Below, piece by piece: positions 1-14,000 of a stretch of 64,000 nucleotides of DNA (within the stretch, counting starts at the first letter, position 1; each line of letters starts with the position of its first letter). The stretch covers positions 1 to 64,000 of the forward strand of contig NMRA01000375.1 of the NCBI GenBank assembly GCA_002633005.1, written 5' to 3'. The translations under genes were made by a program, and so were the position numbers. This stretch comes from Phoronis australis (lineage: Eukaryota; Animalia; Phoronida). A model generated the notes under the pieces. That model was not told the origin of the DNA, made no database searches, and worked only from the letters and a program-made list of their open reading frames with translations.

Positions 1-992
1 AACAACGATTAATTCCCAACCTTCCCCTGAAAGAAAGAGAAAAGAAAAACAACGTTACTGTTTGTTTCGAAAAAAAATCTGCTCCAGGTGTCAAAACGGG
101 ATCGTCCTGAGAAAGGAGTTTTTCAATAAGCAAAAAATGTGTGCTTGCAGGAAGAGAGTGGTTATCTCTTCCTGGTGCTTGTTATCTCCAGTTAATGATT
201 AAAGCATGCTGGCCTCATTGAAGTAAAACCCAACAGTCAGCCATATTAGATGTCCATGGTTTTGCATATGCCAAGCAAGCATATATATTTTCACATCAAC
301 AAATATATAAAAGATGATGTCACGGACCGACCATGCGTGCACCGTTGTGTATTTATTATCGCCCCTGCAATGTACAGCAGCGACTACTAGTGAGTGTCGG
401 TGAAGCGCAGCGGTGACGGGTAGTGAGTAAAGTGAGCTCGTGGTGAGCGGTGATGAGATTGTTGACGATGATCGTGATCTGTGACGAGTGGCGTGTTGTA
501 ATCCCCGGGCGGAGGGTTCTCGTTGGGAGAATTGAGTGATAGAGATGGGGGGGGGTGGCGGATGGTGAAGGTTGCTGTGTCGAACAGCGTCATATGTCAT
601 TATCAAAAATGACTTATCATGACGAATGATTGACAAAAGCGAATGGTGACGACTCCTGACCAGTGGTAAGTTACTGCAGGTTGAAGGAAGTGCAGGGTTT
701 TGGATGCGGAGTGGTGATTGATGGGAGGTACAGGGAAATCTGGTGGATGACTGATGGTAACTAAGGTTATCTAAATATAGGAGTATGCACTTAATGCATT
801 CGTTGGCGATGTCATGCCGTAGTTACAACTTGCGGCACAAAGTTCTGATGTCGGAGACGTTAGAAATGACGGCAGAAATAAATGTCGTAACTATAGGCNN
901 NNNNNNNNNNNNNNNNNNNNNNNNNNNNNNNNNNNNNNNNNNNNNNNNNNNNNNNNNNNNNNNNNNNNNNNNNNNNNNNNNNNNNNNNNNNN

Positions 993-1040
<48 letters not shown>
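993..1040 (+). repeat. (GT)n microsatellite adjoining assembly gap 899-992
   Basis: Read directly from sequence. Confidence 0.95.
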
Positions 1041-1042
<2 letters not shown>

Positions 1043-1913
1043 ATGTCTGTCTGTCTGCATGCATCTACATGTATGAAAGTATGAAAAATGTGAGGCCAAA
1101 ATACCACATTAATACAACAATGACAAAGCCATCGTTGGCAAGAGTTGTTTGACAACTCGTTACACTGTGGCAAAATAAATGAAAGGGCGATCAAACTAAA
1201 CATTTTGCCGATCGGTGAGTTAACTCACCGTCTACAAACATCATCATGACCACGAGCTCTCACCCAAACACCCCTACCAACCATCATCCGCTACCATTCA
1301 CAAACAACCAACACCGGTCACAGTCACTCGTCTTCACCACACGCACACATCATCATCGTCAGTCATCAAAAACCAACCATCGTCGACAACATCACTAGTC
1401 ACTCATTGACCTTACAGACGATCACTCATGCTAGGGCATCACAGTAAGATCAGGGGGTATGGTTCATTTTCGTCACCTGGTGACTAGAAAATTTAGGTCT
1501 ACTGTCGAATGTAAAACAAAGATTTTCTACAGTCAGAAGTCTTCTATCTGTAAAAAGGTTGGTCCCATACGGCTACGTAACACCACCTAGCTAGCAAGTA
1601 TTCGAAATTGGAGACAAACAATATGGCCTATTCCCTTGCTTTAACATATTTGTTCAACAAAACAGATGTTAAAATTGCGAGTTCCTGACAGCATCTGTGA
1701 ACAATTACTTGATTTTGTAGAATTATCATCCTCGGGGCTAACGCTCCTCGGGTGATAATTCTCCAAAATCCACTCGGGCTCAAGATAACGGGGGATAACG
1801 ACTTCGCCATATAATAATCTATATATATTAAGATAAATAGTGCACATAATAAAGGCATTCATGACATGCCAACTGAAAGCTTCAAGGAATGAGAGAATCT
1901 TGCTCATACTTAC

Positions 1914-2060
1914 TGGCATTCCGGGCAGTCCAGGCATCCCCGGCTGCCCGGGTGGCCCCGTCACTCCCGGCGGACCTTGCGCTCCGTTTATTCCCGGTCT
2001 GCCTGACTCCCCTGGTTTACCAGGCATACCTCCAGGGCCGGTTGCTCCACGGGGACCAGG
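1914..2060 (-). CDS. Collagen exon, 147 nt ([10 protein letters not shown]...GMP)
   Basis: 16 triplets preceded by one Pro; tttcag/gtaagt. Confidence 0.92.
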
Positions 2061-5000
2061 CTGAAAAATAATGTGCATGCGCNATTTCAGTGAGAAAAAT
2101 TAAGGAATATCTAAAATTACGAATAAACAATTGGTTCTGGGACCCATGAAAGCGACCCCCTTACACGCACCAGATGTAGTGAACAGCTGGGTGACATTGA
2201 TGGTCTACGATTTCCTAAAGGGAAAACCGCGATTTTCGACGAAAATGTTCGTTTAACCCCTGAAACGGCATGTCCGCGGCAATGTTTTGTTCTTCTTGTT
2301 CACGGTGTCCAGAGGGTGGTCACTATCCTTACATGTACATCTGGTCCTGGGTTAATTGCGCACTTAAGTTTCTTAGCACCCGAGGAGGTTCCTGGGATTT
2401 TTGCAACCCATGTTGGAAAATAGCGGCGTCCAAGCTCGTAAGGTTAAGATTATTGCGGACAGACATGTCCAGCTAGTAATCTGCCCCACGAATAAAAGGC
2501 CTCCAATATTACCAATAATCGATTGAAGAATCTGCTAAAAAGTGGAATTGGCCAACAAGTGACGCTCTACTTCTTCGTCTTAAAAGCCGACGAGTACGAT
2601 AGTATTAGAACACCTCGGGTGTTATAATTTGAGGCTACGAAAACACCCGAGGTGTTCCGGATAGTATGATCGTTCCACAAAATTAGCAGCAGAATTTCGT
2701 CAATTTTTAGAACCGATAACCAAGTTTGCTTACTCAAGAAAAAGCGTATTTTTAAATACTTTAATTTTGAGCCTGATAATTTTTGCCGTTTTTTTTAGTC
2801 AGTCATCGTTCCAACGCTACAAGTGTAAACAGTCTTGTAGCACAGCCAACAGCTTTCTGTCTTATTAAAGGAGAATGCCACCCGATTTAATTAGTCTTTT
2901 TACCGTCTTAATCGGTCTATATCCACATCGCCCCTTATACGGTCGACCTCACCTTGCCGAGAGGTGTCGCGTTAACCTGTGAGGAAGGTGAGAAACGACG
3001 CAGCGACGTCAGTGCTTCGTCTGCAGAGTGATTGCTGCTACATTGCTGTCCATCGTTCCCGCTTGTCCAAACTATGAAGCAACGAAGAAAGCGGGTATAT
3101 CGTTTTTTCGACTTCCTCGAGAACCCGAAATGCTTAGGAAGTGCCTCGCGGTAGTGAAGAATGAAAGGTACGCTGTTGATGGCAACTACATGTATAAGGC
3201 CGTCAAACATCTCCGTGTCTGTGGCCGGCATTTCGTGTACAGTGATTTCTCTGACGAATTCCGGCGTACCAAAGAACCATCCGTACGTTCCGTTGCCAGT
3301 GCATGTTCACGACGCCTCTCTAGTATTTCTTAATCAGTGTATTCCGGTTCGAACTGATAGCCTGTGAAACCTAACGATCCGACCCGTGAAGTTCTTCGGG
3401 TGAGCTCTTGACCAAGTCGGGATTGGCGCCGGGCAAGTTGCCATGTAGACGTTCATTATTCTTCGTTCTGTTTCAAAATGAATTATTCTCATCCTAACCA
3501 ATGCTTATATGAAACTGAAACAAAATCTGTCTCATTAGATACAATTTGTAATGCCTTTGTAGTATTCGTGAGTGCAAATGTTGAGAAGCCAGCAATGAAT
3601 AAACAACTGCGTTACCGGCTTTTGATGCCGGCAACAAAGGTACAAGTAATTGACCGGGCACCCAGGTCGTGTGAGCGAATGCTAATTCTGAGTGTTTGCT
3701 GACAGAAAGCTGTTGTGAAACAATTACTCAATTTTATATGCTATGGTCACGTGTTAGGGGAATCCTTATTTAGAAATACAAATACATTATTCAAATCATT
3801 GTTACTGTACAACCTTTGCCCTGACCGACTGTGGACGGGGAGCCCGACTTCGTGGCCCCCGACAAGTAAGTTCAGTTCCGTAGTTAATTCACATAAATAA
3901 TTACGTGCAAATCATTTCTTTGGCTCACTATTATAGTCTTTTCGTGACTGGAGGTTTAGTTTCCAACTCAAGCTGGTTTATGTTTGAGTCCCGGCGGCCG
4001 CGACGGGCCTGATCGGGTTCCGAGCCACTGGCCGGGATCACGAGTCAAAAAAATCACAAGTATAAACAACACAGATCTATGCTCTCCTGTCTGTGTTTCA
4101 CGGAAGAATACTTCGAATTTGTCTTCGAACAGACGCCAAACTCCTCACTGCTACGGACCTTGGTAAATTGGCCTGCCGAACTTTGCGGTAGGCTACGGTG
4201 TGTCCAGATACCAATAAATCCATAACAGTGAAATAAAACAATACGTTTTTATAAGAACTTGGTGTATTTTTAAGGGTTTTACATCGAAGTTTAATGATTT
4301 ATTGATGTTAAACGATGAATTCAAGTGATAAGCTGACACCAGTAACCCGTGTTGTTAACTGCTGTACAGACTGGGTTTGAAACCAATGACTTCATTGGAT
4401 AATTTCAACACCTCCGCCTGCCGTCAGGTGTCAGGTAACGCAACCGAACGTGCCGTTAATGAGTAGAACTACTCGATCTACATTGTTACAAAATAGGTTG
4501 TTTTTTGGGTGGCATTCTCCTTTAAATCCACACCTGCACATATCAAACATAAATGCAAGTACAAATCTGTCTCGCTCAAGTTCCGGGCTCAGTTAGATTA
4601 TTCAAGGAATACTTGAAAGGAAAAGCACAACCGTCACCACAGATACCCACCTCAACCCCTGGCGGACCTGGCAATCCAGATTCTCCCGGTGCACCTGGCA
4701 CCCCAGGATTTCCAACAGGGCCCTGTAACGAGACAAATATCGATACTTTAATTCACATTACTACGTGGTTAATATTTAACGGATTTTTTGGTCAAAACAC
4801 TTACGGTAAGCGTAAAACAAAATAGTAAGCCCATCGCGTAGAGCATGTCTCTTCAGAGCAGGATGCAGGACTGTGAGTTGGGAGGGGAGGGGGAGCAGGG
4901 CAGAGTATTAGCCAGGATTTTGACCGTCAGAAATTCACAACCCTGAACTGCCAAATGGAATCTGGGAGAATCCCATGATCCCCTTGCCCCCCACAAATCC

Positions 5001-8000
5001 GCTACTGCTCTTGTTAACCTTCATGGATAGAAACGGAAGCCATCGATTTCTGTTCATTAAAATGATAATTTTTCAAGTCAAACAACACAAATGGCTTGCA
5101 CAGTTTACAACGTGCACAAGTGCTGTGTCAACGTGCAAGCGCTCTGACGCAGCGACACCTGGCGAAAATCGACTGAAAAGGGGAAAATGGCGACTTAATT
5201 AGCGACACCATAGAGAGTTTTGGTACAAAACTGTACATTTTGACGCTTGTTGTCACACAGCTAGCTGGCTTTAGCTGCACCACAGGCAACAAAGCTAAGG
5301 ATGCAGAGCTCGAAGACCACGCGACAATGCCACCCATCAATTAGGTTATATGTGTGAGAGTTCTGTAAGACTGACGACTGACGAATAATCGATATAACTT
5401 AGGGCTCGATTTGGCGACTTGCAGCTTGCCAATGTGACTTTAGATTTTTTTTTGAAAACCTTGTAAAAATCAGAAGTTGCCTAATTGTGCTCTCACCCGA
5501 GCACGAGGCCAAAAACCAAAGGGACCCGTCCCGTCCCATTCGCAGCCTCAAATTATCCCCCGGAGACGTTTTGTAACTGCGCATGTGCGAACTTCAATCC
5601 TGGCAGCAAGTCGTGTGACTCTAAAAATGAAGAATGTCAACGGCCTTGCACAAATAGTTAACACTTACAGTAAGAGACAGACTAAAGATTGAGAACAACG
5701 TCACGCACGACATTTGAAACCTGCAAGACTGAATACATGATATATGGTATTAACCGCCTCTTCAGTGAAGAAATCCCTTTGCTGAAGTCACGGCTCGACG
5801 AGCTGGTCAAACTCAGACGGCCATCCAGGAAAACCGACGTGAATTCCCGGAGCTGTCATTTACTCCCCGCACAGTTGCTTCCGCCCAATGGCCGTGTTCG
5901 TCATTTGCCTGCATTTTCTGTCCATCTTCCATTTTGAAACGGCTACTTTTGAGTTGAGAGCAAAAACAACCACACAGAGATCCTCACGTGTTGTATAGGA
6001 CTCACTACTCACCACCATGCGCGAGTTAGATCCTTATAGACATGTTCACCAAAATGAAATTGCTGTTTTACTGCTAAAACAAAGCGCAGGGTTTTACTTA
6101 TATTTCGATATTTTAACATGCAAATAGTTTAAAAATGAAAATTATAAGTCGATTTTGACGTCTTCCTTTGTTGGCAGTGAAACCGCATTACCGCGTAGTA
6201 ATCTTTTGTGACGATTCTCCAGTGTGCAGGGCTAGCCTGGACTGAAAGTGAAATATCTCGGCCAAAACTTCATCGATTTTCGTGAGAGAAAAACGCTTGT
6301 TTTCAGAATTTTACGAGGAATTTGTTGATGAATCTTTTACATGTCGTTGAAAAAGGCGAAAATACAAACGCGCGAGTCATATTTCTTCAGGCAGCTTTTA
6401 TCACCAAACCATCGGCTTCACGGGCAATAAAATGTAATCGACCGAATAGATCTGTCGACCACAGATCTACCCTGTGGTTTTTCTATTGATCCCAGACCGT
6501 CCCGAGTTGCTCCAGCTGGCAACTCAGGACGGTCTCTCACGAGGTTTTAGCGTTATGTTGAAGAATTACCTCCGTGACTACGAAAATACCAGAGATGTTC
6601 CGAAAGGACCCGTCCACGAATGGCACGTGCAAAGTTAAAGTGTTCAGTTGGGTAGGAGTCGAACCTGGGACTGATGGAGAAATTGGTCGACATCGGGCTG
6701 GAGACATATTTACGGTCGACTAAGAAAACCACCCGGGCGATTTTGGGTGTCCGGCGGACGTTCGCCCAGTTGCCTCGTGTTCGCTGGTAGAGGCGAGGAC
6801 TTTCGCACCCCCGCATATGGGGTTTCCTTGTTTATCGGGCTCATTTTCCATTTGATAACCTGATAATTTTGCCAAATCCCATTTGGCGACCTGACGTTAT
6901 ACTCAACGTCGAACGCTGCAAGGCAATGTAATGACAACTAGCGATTTGTCTCCATGGATCCCGATGTAAACATGGCAACGAATGCTACGGGACCTAACTA
7001 AACGTTATTACGCTGGGCAACTGGTAGGTACACAATCAATAAAACTGGCAGCGCCGCCAATAACACCAACGACAGTATTGTCGAAAACGACATGCGCCGT
7101 TCACAACACTGGTGACAACGCCGACGCACCCACCGCAATCATTAAGTCGCTAAGGCTGACTGCGTGGCTGACATGAAAACCACAGGCTATGTCAATAAAT
7201 GTAATCCCACTGACGACAAACATGTCACTCGAAGCCTGTGACGACGAGATCAAGGACGATGACATTATCGGCATCATGGTCACTATCTTCATTGCGATCA
7301 ACGTGATCATCAACACGATGCCCTAGCGGACATTGTCAACAACACCGACAATACCGCCAGAAGCCCGCCCATAATAACATCGACGACGACGACAAGGCAG
7401 CCTTCAACGCTGATGCACTGATAAATGATCGCAAAGTCGCAGGTACACGTGTTGTCATCATCTCCAAGACCGTCAATGTAAACAACAGCAAAACTTGAAC
7501 ACCACTCACGATCACTCCACTAGACGCTTGACTCCGACAAGGCCAACACCATATGACAATTAACGTTTTTTTAAAACGAACAGCTCAAGGAAAACGCCGA
7601 ACAACTGGGGAAAGTAAATCGTGGCAAAAACTAAAACACAATTCTGGTAGATCTTGACGAGATCTATCAACGTGCATATATTAGAAAGATCCATCCCGCT
7701 TGAGCCGCGTAGCTCTGCAAAGAAAACTTTGAATAATGATAGCAGTCACAACGCCACCTTGCGTCCGACTTTTATTAAAAAACAACTGTTCTCGAAATAA
7801 CGAGCAGTCATTATGTGATAATTTTAAGTCAATCGAACAAAACATATTATTCATTTCATGTTGATCTTGCTCTTGAACCCTAGCTCAGACGACTACTACA
7901 AGCCTGTCAATGTACCATCGTCGGGCACTGGACATGGAATAACTCGAAAACAGTAAGTCTTATCAAGGAATAAATTGCACGTAATATTGGTAAACCTTGG

Positions 8001-11000
8001 CGAGAGATATTAAATGCCCAGTTTCAGAAAACTCCGTCAAAGAAGCTCCGAGAACAAGAATTTAATCCATAAAAAGAGCATTCATAGGAAAATATCGAAA
8101 CCTAACTACATACCAAATTTTAGAAGAATACCTGAAATGATGACGGGGCTATGTTAAAGAGTGCAAGGACACGTGGTCTTGAAAGCAGTGTTGCATTCAA
8201 GTTTGTTTTGGGGTACTCATGAAAAGTATCCTACGTTGACAACTTCACTGTGCGGTTCAGATTTGGATATATCGACCGGTTTGTGTACCTGGAATACGTC
8301 GCATTGGTCAAGACACCACGCTTCAGATTGCTGACGTTATCGTTATCTAGATAATCAGACCCACCATGAACACACTGAAGCGACAATGGTATTTTTAAAC
8401 TCTTGTTTTGAAAGTTTTTAAATGCCGCATTTGAATAGTTCGTAAAAAGTACACGTGATTAGGTTTTTGAGGTTTGAAAACAGGACAAGAAATGTGACTT
8501 TTACAACCTAAAACTTTTGAACAGTGTTGGCATGATATGCTTCTCACTGATTGACTAGGTGTGGGCCAGTTAACAAACCAGCAGGCAGCCGTTGGATTTT
8601 GGGGTAATCCAAGTGTAATCGTACAATATTCTTGGCATGCTCCTGGTTGAGTCTATTACTGTACGGGTGGCAATGCTTTTGAATTTAGCATCATTCGATG
8701 TATGTTCATATGTAATACGGCGTGTCGAACTCATTTGATAATGGACTGGCCAAGGTGTTCTCATTGTCTTAGCCACAGTTCCAGAGGCAAGCAATGTTCG
8801 AGCAAGGTGTATTAAGTGTTTCTCTGTAGTTTCGTGCATGTTGGGAAATTGCCGTTAAGTGCGAAACCCACACAGTTGGTGAGTTGATATTTGGTATTTT
8901 GTTTATTTCTGTATTTTTGGAATTACGTAAAAGTGTATTAGTTGTGTAAATTTATAGTAGTCATTTAAGTTTGTTTGAACCAGACATATTCATTGTTTAC
9001 AGTGAACCAGACATGTTTTGTGTTTACAATGAACCAGACATTGTCAACATCAAGAAAAGACAGAAATGTTCGAGTGTCGAGTTGTCGGAGGTTTTGCCAA
9101 AAAAGAGAGTGAGGCTCAGCTCAAGTCTTGGCTATTTTAATCGCTCTAAAAATCTTGGCATGGTTTTGGAGATTTTTGTACCTGGGTCAAAGATTACGCT
9201 TCGTCTCCATGTACATCATACTAAAACTTTTTAATTTGACTTTTAGCCGTTTTATTCGCTAAAGTCGGGTCCAGCAACTTTATATGAGCGATTACCGGAA
9301 TCTTTTGTTGACTAACAGAGAAAGTTTTGAAGTTCAACAATGCAATGCTTTTAATAACATACAAATGCACGCTATTTTCCTTGTAAACACACTCTGGCGG
9401 TATTTGTGGTTGGGCACGTTTACGGAAGACTCCAATACCAAATGCTCAAACTTGAGCGCGTTTTGCGACAAAAGCGAAAACGGTCCCAAAAATTCATAGA
9501 GCACGGGCATCCCTCGGTCCCACAAATTTCCACCAGTTAGTAACTAGAAATATTCCTCGTCTACCGCGTTTGAATAGATTTTATTTTTTAAAAAGTTTAA
9601 AATACTTTAACCTCATGTATGACGTCATCGACACGTCTGTGTATTTAATAAAATATCTACAAAACTGTAGATTTTAACTCAAAATTTTCGTTTTATGCAA
9701 TTCACGAAAATCACAAAATTCTAAAATTTGATAGTCCCTCACACACAAAAGTGGATTATTTTAAAAACAATTCCTAACCGCTTTTTGGAGAACAGCGCAT
9801 AAAGCATGTTATCTGAAGGTTTCATAAGAACCCGATAACCCTTCTCTGAGATATAATGTTCCGAAGTTGGCCGCCAAATTTGGACATTTTAGCTGCGGTC
9901 CTACATGACTTTAACTTATTACTAGTATTAACTTATTACTAGTATTAACTTATTACTAGTGATTTGGAGAACTAAACTAGTAAAGTTCTGAAAATGGATT
10001 ATAAAGCTAACTAGGTTATCCACTGATGCCAGTTCCCATAAAATTTCTAATCGTGTATGAGCTTGGAAGCATGATTTTGCCCATTAAGGATATCTCAAAC
10101 CTTATTCATAAATCGTGGTTTTTTAAATGAGTGATTACACCTCGTTACATACTCAGACGGAAATACGTAGTCGGAGTATGATTTGACGTAATTTTTCATC
10201 TAATTGTAGTTTTGTTAAAAGTTGCTTACATCGCTGAAAATGGTAACAGCCCACTATTCCGAAGGTTCACTATTCCGATGGTTCACTATTCCGAAGGTTC
10301 ACTATTCCGAAGGTTCACTATTCCGAAGGTTCACTACTCCGGAAATGTCTAAAATTTCTTATTCAGGTGTAACTGTTATACTTTTAATGCAAAAATAAGC
10401 GACACTTCTGTTATTAGATGCAATTATACCGACAACAATACACTCGGCTAATTATTGTTAGGATTTCATGTTGCACATCTGAAATTGTCCGTATGTCTTA
10501 CGAATATTGAAAAATGAGTAGGTGCTTGCATTTCTAAAAGAATATGAAGTAGGATTGTTGAAGAATTATCAACCATGATACATTCATCAACCCCATGTCA
10601 AGATTGCATCATCTCATAGCGCGACAGAAAAGCCGGGCCGCTGCGCTTCAACCTCACCCACCGGAACTACTTGCACGGCCGGGTCGAAACTAAATGTAGT
10701 TAGTAGGCTACCCTGTACCTGCCAGTCTTCACGAAGTCTCATTCAGTCTTCTTAAATTTAAAACCGCCGTTGATCGCCACATCACGTGCCCCAGATGTCG
10801 TCCCTATTTGAGAATTGGTCTTCAGTTAGATTCAGATCACGATTGCCATTGATTGGATCTGAGCTCTTTTGTAAACAATGTAAAACAATTTTGGGACTAT
10901 TCAACTCTTGTACACATTTTAAATGGTTATTAAATGGACACAAATACAACAATTTATTCATGTCAGTTCTGAATCAGTAGTAGAAAATCAGAGTAATGAA

Positions 11001-14000
11001 CTGTCGGAGTTTTGGTTTCGGGCATTTTGGACATTTGAAGTAGTGAACTTCCGAAGGTATCGAACCTTCGGATTAGTGAACCTTCCATGTAACCTTGGAA
11101 ATCTTTTCCATCAGGATTGTTGCTCATATGAAATTTGAGAGGCTGTGCATCATTGACATTGATAGACAAGAGAAGACTTTCTTCATTGATCACAGTTTTA
11201 ATTAGGTCTAGACTTACCTAATAATGTGAACATTCGTGGATTTCTCAGTGTAGAAAACGTGGTAGCAAAATATCTGATTCTTGAGAAACGACAGAGTAGT
11301 CAATAAACTTACCGTCGGCGTGTACTGAATTTAAAAGAACGGAAATGCACACAAGCGTACACGCATGCATGTCAATCCACCAATCCACAATCAAAGTGGA
11401 TATTAGATGAACAATATATTTTACGATCACTTTTAATTCGAAATTTGAAAATACCTGCACTTTATCCATACTATGCTAGAAAGTACACGAAAGTAGTAAA
11501 TAACAACCCCATTTTCTGCTGTTTTTTGGTCGATTTTATGGCCTCCACACGCACTACTCATAGGCGGATTTAGGGGGGTGGGGGGCAGGTAGCCCGCCCC
11601 CTCCCCCTCCTTGGCTGCCAAAAGCAAAATGAAACAGCAACAGTGTGAAGAGAGAGGAAAGATTGAGTCCAGGAGCTAGGACCGGTAGCAGACGAAGGGG
11701 GATACACGTTCCCGTTTTTTTGTCCACCGATAGATTTTCTGAACAGAAGGTCTACATCCTCTGCCCCGCAACTTTCGGGCCGCCTGTGCACTTACAAACG
11801 CGATGCCCAATTCCCCGCCTCTGCTACTTTTGGAAAGCTCTCTCAATGCTGCATGGTTTGGGCTAGGCATACACATTTACTTCTGGACTCCCGGGTTACC
11901 CTATGGTGTAGAGACCACGCGCTTTCAATGCCGATGAATAATATAAAGTCTCTTCTAATCGTCATCTACGCAGTCACGGCTAGGGCCGGATACGACCCGA
12001 TGATTATGTCAAGGCCTTTACATCGAGAAGCAAATTTAAACTTAATATTAACTTGCTTACGATTGTGGTTAGTAAAACTAGTAGCTACAAAAATTTTGTT
12101 GCCCATCTAAATCATATGTTATCCTATCGGGTAGGCTAGGGCTGGACCTTTTTCTCGGAGGTGGGTTCGATCGAACATTCCGAACACCCCCCCCCCCCCC
12201 CCCCNTTTCTATTCCACATTTCGTACTCAGTTTCTTTCAGTCTCCCCGGCGCGTGCTTCGGCATGTGTGTACTACCGGGGTTTTCCGTAGATGAAACGCC
12301 CATGGGAGGTTTATTTGGTGTTACAGCTTGTGCTGCCGGTCAAGCGTCCAGACCGTGGGACGTTTATTTGGAAATTGTCCTCTTAAAAGCACACTCAGCG
12401 TCAACTTTTTGTTACAAACTCAGTTTTGCGGAGTATTTATCATTTATAAAAACGAACAAGGCGTTCGCGAACTATGCATTTATTAACGCAGATTTAAGTA
12501 AAAGAGTGTCAAGTAAAGCAAAACTATGGCTTTCCGTTTACACGTTCCCTTTTCCAAATAAACGCCCGGGCGTTTATTTGGTGTTGCTAAAACGCCTGAA
12601 ATTTTTCATTTTCCGAATATACGCCCATGGGCTTATCTACGGAAATGACCGGTAATGCTGCTGGCCTATTTGAATATGTCAGGAAGTAAACTCCTCCCCT
12701 AACCAAGTTTCACTCGAGTCATTGTCAACTGGCTTAACAAAATCAGTGATAATTAAGTTAATTACGCACTGTCAATTCAGTTGACAATACGAGTGAATGT
12801 TCACAGCAAAACAAGTTTTCACCGAATAATGAATCGGAACCCTTCAGATTTTCATGACTCGTAACTTTTCTGGCTTTTTCTCGGCTTCGACTTGATTTGA
12901 ATTTAGGAACACGAGTTCTCGAAAACGACTCGGTGCATTTCACCAAATTTTTCCCAATTTAATACTTATTTATCAGTCTTAAAACGCTGTAAAGGTTTTC
13001 CTTTTAAACACCTTGTTTTTGTGTACCGTGAAACAGACGAATACGGCTTCTGTACATGAGTAATCGAAAATTTCTATCAGCGTTTTGAGGCAAAACTGTG
13101 AAGTTTTCATTAAAAAGGGTTTCATTAAAGTCGACTAAGAGGGTATTTTGCTATGAATGTACCTTTCTTAAAAATGAAACTTTGATTTAAAAAGTTGGTG
13201 ATGTAATAATAATAGTGGCACACGAATACAAAACATATTTTCATAATCTTTTTTCTTTCTGAAAGTGTATACTTTTACTGGCGACCATAGCCCGGTTTTT
13301 CGATATGTGAGTGAGAATGAAGGTTTGGGATAACCTTAAGTGAATTCACAGACGGATCTAAGAGTGGAAAGAACACTTGCGGGAAATTTGTAAAATCAAG
13401 GCCTATTGTGTTTTTGTCGGTGAGGTCTGTAGGGGAGGGGGCTTAATGTGTAAACACTTATTGTCTTTCCTCCTGCTATTTTATCTTCATTTCCATGTCA
13501 AGATTTAGTTTTGATGTATACCGATCAAAGTAAACTAGAAGTTGTTAAAATTCCTGAAAATTAATAGGAAGCTTGTCGTGCAATGAACCTAATTTAACAA
13601 CTTGGTTCCTATTTAATTTACTTGAAATAAGGGCTCGGTTTTCTGACAATAGAAAATAACATATTAAGTGAAAGAGGAGCTTACAATAAAGATGAAATGA
13701 AATAAAAATTTAGCATTAGTGAGTAAACTGACTGCAAATGCGTTGAAAACTTAGGGAACATAGTCAAGTCCCTATATTGGAATTGTTCCATGCAACGGAC
13801 GTTGACTCCAATAAGTCCGCTTATGAAATCTGAGCTTTAATTTACTTCTTGGTGATTTACTTCTTGGTTTACAAAAGATCGGGAGCGGCTTATAGATTCA
13901 TTACATTGAAGGAATAAAAGAAATACGTTCTCATTGAACTCATTGAAGGATCATTGCCGGCAATAAAAGCAATTTTACGGAAATTGGCAGTAGCGAGGTA

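Noticed and set aside
785-1203. ORFs spanning the N-gap and (GT)n; likewise 15673-16060 over (TA)n
   Set aside because: Artefacts of the gap and microsatellite translation.
385-1430. GGT/GAT-rich and ACC/ATC-rich tracts in inverted orientation around the first gap
   Set aside because: Low-complexity repeat copies with only short exact matches; no evidence of a functional hairpin or coding role.
1840-2071. Plus-strand Pro/Gly-rich ORFs (also 4553-4825, 27140-27412, 33917-34198)
   Set aside because: Antisense shadows of minus-strand collagen exons.
6650-6720. B-box-like GGTTCGACTCC (minus strand); also GGTTCAAATCC near 34000
   Set aside because: No cloverleaf or convincing A-box could be built, so not called tRNA or SINE.
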